Shown piece by piece: positions 1 through 8,504 of a stretch of DNA of 43,762 nt (positions are counted from its first letter, which is position 1; every line of letters starts with the position of its first letter). The stretch spans positions 1 through 43,762 of the forward strand of contig JAFGKP010000133.1 of assembly GCA_016928455.1 (NCBI GenBank), written 5' to 3'. This DNA is from Methanomicrobia archaeon (GTDB lineage Archaea > Halobacteriota > Syntropharchaeia > Alkanophagales > Methanospirareceae). Both the position numbers and the translations under genes were made by a program. The notes below the pieces were generated by a model, which was given only the letters and a program-made list of their open reading frames with translations, searched no databases and was not told where the DNA came from.

Positions 1-143
1 CCGGAGATGTGCGCGCTCTGAATGGGGATCAGGTGCGAGGCGTGATGGATATCACCGATGGCGACGAGTATCTCCATCGCCTTTTGACGCGCCCACCCCT
101 CCTCGCCTTCAAGGATCCGCTCCTCCTCTTTGGTCAGATGCAT
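1..143 (-). CDS. AcnX-type (DUF521) aconitase-family protein, N-terminal fragment (putative phosphomevalonate dehydratase large subunit); continues past the left window edge
   Basis: Hand translation of the minus strand from ATG at 143-141 gives MHLTKEEERILEGEEGWARQKAMEILVAIGDIHHASHLIPIQSAHIS, which matches the characteristic N-terminus of DUF521/AcnX proteins. Frame stays open to position 1. Not in the ORF track because it is partial. Confidence 0.7.
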   Translation of the reverse strand, partial: MHLTKEEERILEGEEGWARQKAMEILVAIGDIHHASHLIPIQSAHIS

Positions 144-295
144 CGTCCGTTCCGCTACAGATGTATTAGAACTACCTTCATTTCACTTTTACCCGCTCAC
201 CAGCACAATTGGAAATCGCCAAAGATCGTTCTCATCTTTACCGTTTGCCGCTATGTTAGGAAGCTTTTTGTAGTTCTTTTTTTATGTAGCAAGCA

Positions 296-868
296 ATGAG
301 TGAAAAGATCCCGATTTTAAAGGGTAAAAAGATCAAAACGCGGATCTTGCGACCTTCTGAGTTTGAGCAGCTGCGTTTGGGCGCCAAGAGGACAGAGAAT
401 CGAACTCTTCTGGATGCCTGCCTGCTGTTAGGCGCACGGTATACTGAATGCCAGAAGATTCAAGCTAATGCCCGGTGGTTCGATGGCAATTTCGTGCATC
501 TCCCCTCAGAAGCACAGCGGAAGGTGAAACGGAAACAGGCTGAGCGATGGATCAGATTGAGCTCTATGGGAAAGACAATTCTCCCATACTTCTTTGAGAA
601 TAGGAAACGCTTGCCCTCGATACAGGCCTGGGACTATGCTCTGGTGCAGTGGGCAGAACAGGGTGGACTGAATCCTGTCGGCATATCCTCACGGACTATG
701 CGTAAAACCTACGAGAGCTGGTTAATTTTTTATTTCCCTGAGGCTACAAATTTGGTTTATCTTTCTCAAGGCCACACTACGCTAACATCATTGCAGCATT
801 ATATTAATTTGCCATTTATTGATGAAGATAAAAAAAGTATGGGTAAATGGGTAGAAGGGTGGTTATGA
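296..868 (+). CDS. Short tyrosine recombinase / phage-integrase-family protein (catalytic domain only, 190 aa)
   Basis: Catalytic-domain signature in order: LLGARYTE (Arg I), RTMRKTYESWL (HxxR-like box, here RxxR), GHTTLTSLQHY (His plus Tyr nucleophile). No N-terminal core-binding domain, so the size is comparable to FimB/FimE-type short recombinases. Confidence 0.7.
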   Translation: MSEKIPILKGKKIKTRILRPSEFEQLRLGAKRTENRTLLDACLLLGARYTECQKIQANARWFDGNFVHLPSEAQRKVKRKQAERWIRLSSMGKTILPYFFENRKRLPSIQAWDYALVQWAEQGGLNPVGISSRTMRKTYESWLIFYFPEATNLVYLSQGHTTLTSLQHYINLPFIDEDKKSMGKWVEGWL

Positions 869-1040
869 TACATTTGTTACCATTACTGCGCTCTGGTGCA
901 GCGCGGGTGTGACAAATCCTGTTACGCTATAATCACAAATTTTACGTAAGATACACGAGGATTGGTTGGTATTTTTTTAGAAATTTTAATCCCCACATAA
1001 ACTAAGTTTGTTTATAATTTAAAAATAATATGTACACATT

Positions 1041-1066
1041 AGTGTATATAAAAAGTGTATATAAAA
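1041..1066. repeat. Perfect tandem duplication of a 13-mer, AGTGTATATAAAA x2 (TATA-rich)
   Basis: Read directly from the sequence, preceded by the palindrome TGTACACA (1031-1038). Confidence 0.8.
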
Positions 1067-1194
1067 ATTTTTATTTTCCATTAGGGGTAAAACTCTAAAA
1101 AGTACGGGTGGTAAAAAATTAATCTATATGGTATTTTTATTTTTGTTACTGGTACAACTAGCCTATAACCGGCGAAGTTCACGGACCTGTACCC

Positions 1195-1217
1195 TTAAGT
1201 TTTGTAAAAACTTCAAG
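1195..1217. repeat. Imperfect palindrome CTTAAGTTTT-GT-AAAAACTTCAAG (site A)
   Basis: Inverted arms share the 11-mer AAAACTTCAAG / CTTGAAGTTTT with site B at 1304-1329. Confidence 0.6.
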
Positions 1218-1303
1218 CATTCGCTGCGGGGATACCCTCTTAAACTCCCCCATACCATCGGTTATACCATGATCAGACCCGATATCAACGCGATTCCGGG
1301 AAA

Positions 1304-1329
1304 CTTGAAGTTTTATCATAAAACTTCAG
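1304..1329. repeat. Palindrome CTTGAAGTTTT-ATCAT-AAAACTTCAG (site B), 10 of 11 arm positions complementary
   Basis: Read directly. Same arm sequence as site A about 85 nt upstream. Confidence 0.65.
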
Positions 1330-1772
1330 GGACCGTGCTCAGCGCAGGTAAATGTATTTTTACATAAAAAATTATTTTGCATTATACTGCTTCATGGCTT
1401 TCAAATTTGCGATTTGCGCGATTTTCTCTGTTGTCTCTTATATTTCCTATCTCTTTGCTGTTAAACGTGCGTCAAAACTAAAATTTGTAAATACGGACCG
1501 ATCACATCTTAATGCTATGCGAAATATTTATTCGAATAGCTTATAATAAAAATTATTAGTTATATATGATAAAACTATACTACTTTAAGTAAATTAGCAT
1601 ATAAATTATAAAATAATTAAATTATCAACTATAGTTTTAAGTTTATCTAATGGTTACTATTTTAGTTATTATAGGGGCAATTTAATTTTATTTTGTTATG
1701 ATTATCTTTTAAATTAACACGGTGATTTGTAATAATTACCAGCTTACCTTAATTATTTTACCTTAAGGTGCT

Positions 1773-2588
1773 TCACTCGAGCTGATCCATAAGGGCAACG
1801 ATCTCGGGCGCGGAGCACACCACTTCTGGCTGACCATCGGTCAGGTCACAGATCAACGCGGTCAGGACCTTCTCCTCCTGCGCTTCGCCCAGGCTCGTGC
1901 CTGCTCCAATGCGATAATAAGTGCAGCCCAGGACGATGGTGGGAATGCTGCCGCTGGGGTTATAAGAAGCGAAGACCTCGCTATCCACGATCCCCGTGGT
2001 CATAGAATCATGAAAAGCGATGTATCCGTCGAATTTTGAGGTCGCGTTGAGAATAACCGGGTGCTCCCACTGGCAGGCGCTGCAACTGGTACCGCCGAAG
2101 AAATAGATGATCGGCTTGCCATCCTCGGTGCAGAGCGGATCCTCGCTCTTGATATAGTTGCCGATGGTTCTGCCATACTGCTGCTCACGAGTGCGCTGCT
2201 CTTCCAGTGCCTTTTGCGCTTCTACCTGCTCGATATAGTCGTTGATATTCGTCGCCCCGGGAAAGAGCAACTCACCGTCCTTCGTCATATACACCTCGCG
2301 CGTCTCACTGGTACCGAGCATGGAGACGTTAATCGCGATCTCGTACAGCCCGGACTGCTCATCCGCGGTAACCGAATCCAAGGAGACCTCGACACCCGGA
2401 GGAATCGCATACGTCGTGAGGAACCCGATTGCACGTTCACCTGCCTCGTCAGGCGTCAATGCCCCCGCTGGCGTGGGGCACGAGGATGGTGCTGAGGGCG
2501 CAGAGAAAACGGAAGCCCCTATGACCGCTCCGAGGATCACGCCAATGATAACGCCAAACGCCAGAAAGCCAACTGATGCGGTCTTCAT
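1773..2588 (-). CDS. Membrane-anchored extracytoplasmic thioredoxin-like protein (N-terminal TM helix, PepSY-like module, C-terminal CxxC thioredoxin fold)
   Basis: N-terminal hydrophobic helix (VGFLAFGVIIGVILGAVIG). CSAC redox motif within IIYFFGGTSCSACQWEHP. cis-Pro-type SIPTIVLG. The N-terminal 120 aa are paralogous to the neighbouring 2604-3035 product. Confidence 0.6.
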   Translation of the reverse strand: MKTASVGFLAFGVIIGVILGAVIGASVFSAPSAPSSCPTPAGALTPDEAGERAIGFLTTYAIPPGVEVSLDSVTADEQSGLYEIAINVSMLGTSETREVYMTKDGELLFPGATNINDYIEQVEAQKALEEQRTREQQYGRTIGNYIKSEDPLCTEDGKPIIYFFGGTSCSACQWEHPVILNATSKFDGYIAFHDSMTTGIVDSEVFASYNPSGSIPTIVLGCTYYRIGAGTSLGEAQEEKVLTALICDLTDGQPEVVCSAPEIVALMDQLE

Positions 2589-2603
2589 CTCGTTTCGATC
2601 ACC

Positions 2604-3035
2604 TCATGTTAGGCCCTGAGTCGCTGCCATCTCCTTGAATTCGTCGATATTGATCGCGCCCGGAAAGAGCACCTCGCCATCTTTCGTGATGTACAGCTCC
2701 TGCGGTTCCGACGTCCCCTGCATGGATATATTAACAGTAACCTGGTACAAACTCGCCGTTTCCAGATCGGTAACGTTTAGTAATGAGACAGTAATGCCCG
2801 GCGAGACGGCATAATTCGTAAGGAACTCGATCGCGCGTGCACCAGCCGCTTCAGGGCTCAGTACGTCCGTTGACCCGGCGCACGACGAAGACGTTGAGAG
2901 TGATCGATCGGAAAAGACGAAGATACCAGCGGCGATACCCATGATCATACCGATGATGACCCCGATAGCCAGGAAGCCGATGGTAAAGGTCTGTAAACCC
3001 TTATCCTTTGAGTTCTTAGGAACCTCGCTTGACAT
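2604..3035 (-). CDS. Membrane-anchored protein, paralogue of the N-terminal module of 1773-2588 (no thioredoxin domain)
   Basis: TM helix (FTIGFLAIGVIIGMIMGIAAGIFVF) followed by EAAGARAIEFLTNYAVSPGITVSL...LYQVTVNISMQGTSEPQELYITKDGEVLFPGAINIDEF. This aligns residue by residue with the downstream gene. Only a 15-nt gap separates them, suggesting an operon. Confidence 0.55.
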   Translation of the reverse strand: MSSEVPKNSKDKGLQTFTIGFLAIGVIIGMIMGIAAGIFVFSDRSLSTSSSCAGSTDVLSPEAAGARAIEFLTNYAVSPGITVSLLNVTDLETASLYQVTVNISMQGTSEPQELYITKDGEVLFPGAINIDEFKEMAATQGLT

Positions 3036-3113
3036 AGTGTATCCGCTAAAAGTACAGGGCCCTGAGTATAAAAAGCCCGCGCCACTTTTTACCTCCTGCG
3101 GTAACTAGCTAGT

Positions 3114-4130
3114 ATGGAGCAGCGTTCCTATGAGTTCGAACTCGACCGGATAGCAGCCCTTATACGCGAACGAGGAGCAACGCGGGTGGGTTTACAGCTC
3201 CCTGATGGGCTCACCTCAGTGGCCGTCTCGATTGCTGACGAGATCGTGCAGGAAACCGGGGCAGAGGTGATCATCTCCGGTAATTCCTGCTACGGTGCCT
3301 GCGACATTGACGAGAAGCTCGAGTGCATGGTTGAGCTGCTCTTCCACTTCGGGCATTCGAGCGCGCTCTTCGCTCAGCGTCGCATACTCCCAGCGATACG
3401 CGATGCGACGACCGGATTGCGTCCGGACGAGAACGTGATCTTCATCGAGCTCAGAAGCACCATTGATGTCAAACCTGTGGTGGAGAAGGCCGCCGCGGAG
3501 ATTATCGGTGAGTGTGTTGGGCTCGTTGCGACCATCCAGCACGTGCACGAGCTTGAAAGTGCGATAGAGGTGCTCAAGCAGGCGGGCAAGGCGGCATCGA
3601 TAAGTAAGAGTTTGCGACTCGACGCCGCCCCGGGGTTGGTCCTGGGCTGCGAGTTCGGCGCTGCCCGTGCGGTGCGCTGTGACGAGGTTCTGTTCATCGG
3701 CAGTGGCGGCTTTCATCCCGCTGGCATCGCCCTGTACACGGGTAAGCGCGTTATTGCTGCTGATCCATTCACCCGGCAGGTGCGCGTATTCGAGCCCGAC
3801 GAGCTGAGGAAGAAGCGCTATATGGTTATTGCACGGGCACTGGATGCACAGTCCTTTGGAGTTCTTGTAGGTACCAAGAGCGGCCAGTATAAGCTCGCAG
3901 ATGCGCTGGCAGTGCAGCGAACGGCCCTAGCTAAAGGCCGGAATGCGTACGTCATTGCGCTCGACGAGATCTGTGAGGAGAAGTTGCTCGGCTATGCCGT
4001 TGATGCGTTCGTAAACACCGCGTGTCCACGCCTGGTGGAAGATCTGGTCGCGTTTAAGAAGCCCGTTCTCACGATCGCTGAGTTCGAGGTGGTGCTCGGC
4101 GAGCGGAGCTGGGACGAGTTGTGGCCGTAG
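3114..4130 (+). CDS. dph2: 2-(3-amino-3-carboxypropyl)histidine synthase (diphthamide biosynthesis, Dph2)
   Basis: 338 aa. Motifs typical of archaeal Dph2: RVGLQLPDGL, CYGACD, LGCEF, FIGSGGFHP, NTACPR, KPVLT. Confidence 0.85.
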   Translation: MEQRSYEFELDRIAALIRERGATRVGLQLPDGLTSVAVSIADEIVQETGAEVIISGNSCYGACDIDEKLECMVELLFHFGHSSALFAQRRILPAIRDATTGLRPDENVIFIELRSTIDVKPVVEKAAAEIIGECVGLVATIQHVHELESAIEVLKQAGKAASISKSLRLDAAPGLVLGCEFGAARAVRCDEVLFIGSGGFHPAGIALYTGKRVIAADPFTRQVRVFEPDELRKKRYMVIARALDAQSFGVLVGTKSGQYKLADALAVQRTALAKGRNAYVIALDEICEEKLLGYAVDAFVNTACPRLVEDLVAFKKPVLTIAEFEVVLGERSWDELWP

Positions 4131-4232
4131 CGGAGGTTGATGAAGTCTGCTCGGTTTTTATCGCGTGAATTGCGGTTGTTAAGTGACCAAAATCCAAAAA
4201 TAAGTTTATAGCCAAAGATTCTTTAGTGATGG

Positions 4233-4946
4233 ATGATGGTACTCGGCATCATTGGTGGGACGAGCTTATTCGGCACGAAATTGCTCAGCGACATGGATGA
4301 GCACGAAGTAACGACCGAATACGGCGCCGTTTACCTGCTCGTTACGACTGTTCATGCGCAGGAGATCGTTTTTGTTCCGCGGCATGGCAAGGACCGAAAT
4401 ATTCCGCCGCACCGGATCAATTATAAAGCGAATATGCGCGTATTCAAGGACTTAGGCGTGGATGAGGTCATCAGTGTGACCTCGGTGGGCAGTGTAAAGC
4501 GGACACTACCACCACGATCACTGGTCGTTCCGCACGATTACATCGGGTTGTTTAATATCCTTACGTATTTTGATACTGAAATCGTTCATGTTACTCCCAG
4601 CCTGGATGAAGCGTTGCGAAAACGGCTGATAGGAGCTGCACGGTCACGGGATATTACCATTGTTGAGCGCGGCGTGTATTTCCAGACTCTGAGCCCACGG
4701 CTGGAGACGAAAGCGGAGATAAACCTGATAAAGGACTATGCGGACATCGTCGGGATGAACATGGCGACAGAAGCAACGCTGGCGACGGAGTTGGGGCTGC
4801 GGTATGCGAACATCAGCACCGTGGATAATTACGCGCACGGCATCGTCGCGGAGCCGTTAGACTATAACGATATTGTTGCAGCGGCCGCGCAAAGCCGCGC
4901 GGACGTGGAGAAGGTGCTGATGAAGGTTATTGAAGATATGGATTGA
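4233..4946 (+). CDS. mtnP: MTAP-family purine nucleoside phosphorylase (5'-methylthioadenosine / methylthioinosine phosphorylase)
   Basis: GIIGGTS N-terminus, FVPRHG, HRINYKANM, VGMNMATEATLA: the PNP/MTAP family signature. Confidence 0.8.
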   Translation: MMVLGIIGGTSLFGTKLLSDMDEHEVTTEYGAVYLLVTTVHAQEIVFVPRHGKDRNIPPHRINYKANMRVFKDLGVDEVISVTSVGSVKRTLPPRSLVVPHDYIGLFNILTYFDTEIVHVTPSLDEALRKRLIGAARSRDITIVERGVYFQTLSPRLETKAEINLIKDYADIVGMNMATEATLATELGLRYANISTVDNYAHGIVAEPLDYNDIVAAAAQSRADVEKVLMKVIEDMD

Positions 4947-5118
4947 AAAGGTCGGTTTCGCGGAATAATCTCGATTGTATATTCATTGATCAGAACTCAT
5001 CTACTATATACCCTACCACTACACTCTCTCCCCCCCCCCGCCAGCCCGTGTAAGTCATAAACCAGCCCCAATATCTGCGTTATAATTTCCGTTCTCGCTT
5101 CCTTCTTTCTTCTACAGC

Positions 5119-5622
5119 TCAAGCAATAGTTTTTTTATTTGTTATTTGTTTGATTTCAATAAAAATGTATATAAAGACTGCAAGTAGCCCAGTGATGAAA
5201 AAAATAAGAACTATAAGTTTCCAAAAAAGGTGCTGCTCCGGTGTTATCGGCAGTAAACATAATGGTAGTATAACTCCAACAGTAGTGAAATAAATTAGAG
5301 AAATTATAAGCCATTTAAAATCTTTTGGCAGTACTATTTGATTAAGTTGATTCATTAACTCTTTTAATATTGCGTTTTTACTAAATAGCTCTCTCATTCT
5401 CTCCTCTTCTCTAATAACATTATTACTGTAATGTACTGTACCTGTGTGTTTTTCTCGCTCTAATCCCTTAATTTCTGCATTGATCTCATTAATTCTATTC
5501 TCTATTCGGCTTCTTTCACTTGCCATCATCATGACCCTGCTTGTAACAAATGCACCTATTAATCCGACTATGGCTGCTGCCGATTGCGCTAGGGCTGAAT
5601 AAAACCAATTTGGATCAGTCAT
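5119..5622 (-). CDS. Uncharacterised membrane protein: TM helix, long coiled coil, then two TM helices (167 aa)
   Basis: Predicted TM segments YSALAQSAAAIVGLIGAFV, WLIISLIYFTTVGVILPLCLL and LFWKLIVLIFFITGLLAVFIYIFI. Heptad-like charged segment ERSRIENRINEINAEIKGLEREK...MRELFSKNAILKELMNQLNQ. Its ATG overlaps the stop of the upstream RM gene (ATGA at 5622-5619). Confidence 0.6.
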   Translation of the reverse strand: MTDPNWFYSALAQSAAAIVGLIGAFVTSRVMMMASERSRIENRINEINAEIKGLEREKHTGTVHYSNNVIREEERMRELFSKNAILKELMNQLNQIVLPKDFKWLIISLIYFTTVGVILPLCLLPITPEQHLFWKLIVLIFFITGLLAVFIYIFIEIKQITNKKTIA

Positions 5623-8504
5623 TCTCCTTCTACCACTTTTATCTCTTCCTCCGTCAGTCCGTACAAGTCATAAACCAGTTTGTCAATCTGTTTGTCGATA
5701 ATTATTATCTGCCGTTCGTAAAGCTCTTTATCGCGCTCCATCTTCGCCGCGTGGTATTTCCTCTGTAAATCGAGCATCTGTTCGACCAACAACACGAGTT
5801 TATCGTGCTTTGCTACTTCTCCCTGATTTGAGAACTCCATGATGCGAATTGGGAAATTCTTCGCATCTTGAATGAGGATTTTCTGAAATACCCGCTTAGA
5901 TTGGTCAAGAAATCTATTGCGATGATAGAATGTCATCAATCTTGAGTTAATAAGCGCAAGGAGAAATTTCAGTGAGACGTTAACTTCTGGTTTTAACAGT
6001 AAATTAAATCCAATTTGGGCATTGTAAAACTCTTGCTCAGTGTAACAGGCAAAAATATGTGGCGGTTCTCCACTAATAATTTGGCGAACTATTATCCGTG
6101 GTTGGGTAAAAAATCGCTGCTCACGCGGTGCACCTAACCAATTCCCATAACTGATCCAGCCTCCACTTTTCCAATCAACTATGTAACGGCTCACATCAGC
6201 ACCTGAAAGTAATGGCTTAAATGACTCATCCTTTTTATAATTGGAATGGAAAACACGACCCTTTATTTGTTGTTGAGTGTGTCCTTTGTATTTGTCATAA
6301 GGTGTTAAGCCAAGGGAAAAATCACAGAACCGCTGAAGCGGTAAACTTACACGCTCCATCTTTCGCAAAAGCTGCCCGATATTTTCTGTAATAAAAATGT
6401 TAAAGATGAACGCGGGTGAATTAAGCCAGGTTTTTTGCGAAAATACTTTTTTATTTGCACAAGTATGTTCAGATATTTTGGATATTCCGTCTGCCCTATC
6501 GTACAAAAGAATACTCGTCGGTCCAGAGCCGTTTCTCTCCAAAATGATGATTGCAGTCTCTGCTTTGACATTTGCGAAGACGTTATCAGGTAAACGAACA
6601 ATGTTTTGAATCCAAGAGTTCTCCAAAATCAATTTTCGTAACTTAGTGTACGAACTCTGCGTTAGATAAGAGTTCGGAGTGATAAATCCAAACATTCCAC
6701 CTTCAGATAAAATCTCCAAGCCCTTTTGTAAGAAGGTTGCATAAATATTCATTCGATTCTGAGTTGTAGAGTATCGTCGGAAGTAGTAATCAATAAGCTC
6801 CGGGTCCATTCCTTTGATATCCACCCACGGCGGATTCCCAATAACGCAATCGAACCCACCACGTTTCATGATTTTCCCAAACCCGTTTTTGTCATCATCC
6901 CAATCGAAGACATTGATCCGCCGCATCTCGTCCTCATTGAAGAGCGTTGTCTGGTGCGTCTCGTAGAAATCCGGCCCGATGAGCGAATTCCCACACTTGA
7001 TATTATCCTCGAGGTTCGGCAGCATGCCCTCCAGCCCTAATTTCACCTGTTGATCGATGCCCTCCCTGCTCTCGTTTTCAAGCACCTTCAACAGCAAACT
7101 CAGTTTCGTAACTTCGACTGCCTGCGAGTCTATATCCACGCCGAAGATGTTGTTGAGCAGAATCCGCTTCTTCTCAGTCGTTGTCAGGTACCACTCGTTT
7201 TCCTTTACCTGGAATACCGCGTTCTTGTGCTTCTTCGGCTGGTGACTGGTGTACCAGTCCAGATGATACTTCAGCAGGTAGGTGTACGCGCCAATAAGGA
7301 AGCTCCCGGAGCCGCACGCGGGATCCAGGATCTTTAGTTCCGCAATCTCGTCTGGTGTCTTTTCCGCTATCAGTTTACCCACGGTGTTCTTGACAATATA
7401 GTCAACGATATACTGGGGCGTGTAATACACACCGCCCGCCTTTTTCACTTCCGGCTTCGTCTCCACCTTTGCCTGATGCCCTGCGGTCAACCGGATAACT
7501 TTACCCAGAAATTGCTCGTAAACGTTCCCCAGTATTTCCACACCGAGCACTGAGAATTCATACGGTGACTCTGGATAATACAGATGCTGAATGATCGTTT
7601 TCAAGACCTTATCATCAATGTGCAACGCGGGCGTTATTCTGTCCGCCTCGAAATCGAATATGCCGCTGTCGTATTTGGACTCCGCAAGTTTGAAGTGATT
7701 CAACAGATGCGTGTAAATCTCACCGGATTCCGCTTTCGTCTGTAACTGGCCGTACGGCTCGATTCCTCTATCCTCGCAAATCCGCAGGAAGATGATCCGG
7801 TCGATGATCTTCTGCACCGCGTAGTTCAACTCATAAATCGTCACGTCCGGATTGCGCAGCGCGATGTTCTTCGCCAGCAACTCGCGCCAGCTCTCAATCT
7901 CCTTCAAAAATTCGGTATCAACCGCCGCCGTCCCCTTTTTACCTTTGGTTGATTCCGCGTACCGATCAAAACTGCCTTTGCGAATCGCTTCGTATGAAAA
8001 GATACCATATATTTCGTCAAATCTATCGAGATATTGGTCAAAAGTAATGTAATTAATTCTTGCTACGTCCGGTTTGTCCGTTGGCTTGGGTTTGATTTGA
8101 CAGTCAAAGACCGATAACTCCTCGAAATCAGTTAAAATCGATAACGGGAGTTTTGCACTCCATGCATACCGCCGTAACTGATACGAAGGACTGACATCCG
8201 CTTTTATGTTCACTGCGGGCTTCTTCGCTTCGACAAAGAACTTCCGTTGACCGCCCATCCTGAAGCTGTAATCCGGTGCTCTGGTTGAACGCCCTATTTT
8301 TATTGTGTCCTCATGAACTACATCCTTGTACTGCTCCGCATCACCTTTCTTATTACTCATGTCCCAGCCCAGTGCTTCAAAGAATGGGTCAATGAACTCC
8401 CGACGGACCTGCGTCTCGTTATACGTCGACCGTTTATAAACATCAATATTCGCTCGGAATCGCTCAACGAGTTCTTTAACCTTCGCTTTCTGTTTTCCCT
8501 TCAT
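5619..8504 (-). CDS. Type IIG restriction-modification enzyme (fused PD-(D/E)xK endonuclease, gamma-class N6-adenine DNA methyltransferase and TaqI-like specificity domain), Eco57I-like family
   Basis: N-terminus NETQVRREFIDPFFEALGWD...APDYSF...FFVEAKKP (HsdR-N-like nuclease with D...ExK). MTase motif I LDPACGSGSFL. FGVDIDSQAVEVTKLSLLLK (Eco57I-type helical region). Motif IV VIGNPPWV. C-terminal TRD-like region. 961 aa, uninterrupted. Confidence 0.8.
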   Translation of the reverse strand: MKGKQKAKVKELVERFRANIDVYKRSTYNETQVRREFIDPFFEALGWDMSNKKGDAEQYKDVVHEDTIKIGRSTRAPDYSFRMGGQRKFFVEAKKPAVNIKADVSPSYQLRRYAWSAKLPLSILTDFEELSVFDCQIKPKPTDKPDVARINYITFDQYLDRFDEIYGIFSYEAIRKGSFDRYAESTKGKKGTAAVDTEFLKEIESWRELLAKNIALRNPDVTIYELNYAVQKIIDRIIFLRICEDRGIEPYGQLQTKAESGEIYTHLLNHFKLAESKYDSGIFDFEADRITPALHIDDKVLKTIIQHLYYPESPYEFSVLGVEILGNVYEQFLGKVIRLTAGHQAKVETKPEVKKAGGVYYTPQYIVDYIVKNTVGKLIAEKTPDEIAELKILDPACGSGSFLIGAYTYLLKYHLDWYTSHQPKKHKNAVFQVKENEWYLTTTEKKRILLNNIFGVDIDSQAVEVTKLSLLLKVLENESREGIDQQVKLGLEGMLPNLEDNIKCGNSLIGPDFYETHQTTLFNEDEMRRINVFDWDDDKNGFGKIMKRGGFDCVIGNPPWVDIKGMDPELIDYYFRRYSTTQNRMNIYATFLQKGLEILSEGGMFGFITPNSYLTQSSYTKLRKLILENSWIQNIVRLPDNVFANVKAETAIIILERNGSGPTSILLYDRADGISKISEHTCANKKVFSQKTWLNSPAFIFNIFITENIGQLLRKMERVSLPLQRFCDFSLGLTPYDKYKGHTQQQIKGRVFHSNYKKDESFKPLLSGADVSRYIVDWKSGGWISYGNWLGAPREQRFFTQPRIIVRQIISGEPPHIFACYTEQEFYNAQIGFNLLLKPEVNVSLKFLLALINSRLMTFYHRNRFLDQSKRVFQKILIQDAKNFPIRIMEFSNQGEVAKHDKLVLLVEQMLDLQRKYHAAKMERDKELYERQIIIIDKQIDKLVYDLYGLTEEEIKVVEGE

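Larger units (their letters stand above)
144..1772. mobile_element. Probable degenerate integrated-element remnant: short tyrosine recombinase gene plus about 0.9 kb of extremely AT-rich, essentially non-coding DNA
   Basis: Sharp drop in G+C relative to flanking genes (visible by eye, most extreme at 1547-1772). Recombinase gene at 296-868. Only two weak short ORFs in 869-1772. No flanking direct repeats (att) could be identified. Confidence 0.4.
4947..8504. other. Low-G+C insertion (putative horizontally acquired defence cassette) between mtnP and priL
   Basis: Abrupt, visible shift to AT-rich composition and AT-rich codon choice across both genes. A run of about ten C residues at about 5030-5039 lies in the left junction. 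The right junction falls inside the 3' tail of priL. Confidence 0.55.

Noticed and set aside
9-299. 96-aa plus-strand ORF at the left edge
   Set aside because: Its first half is antisense to the well-supported AcnX N-terminus, and the rest crosses the intergenic region. No motif and implausible composition.
1128-1546. Two short ORFs (79 and 64 aa) in the AT-rich block
   Set aside because: Their composition is dictated by AT-rich DNA, and the first spans the palindromic sites. They have no motifs or convincing start context. I kept them only as a remote possibility and did not annotate them.
869-1772. AT-rich block considered as a replication origin (oriC), given the many replication genes nearby
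   Set aside because: No orc1/cdc6 gene is adjacent and no repeated ORB or mini-ORB-like elements are present; there is only one weak TTCCGGGAAAC-like match. The recombinase context favours foreign DNA.
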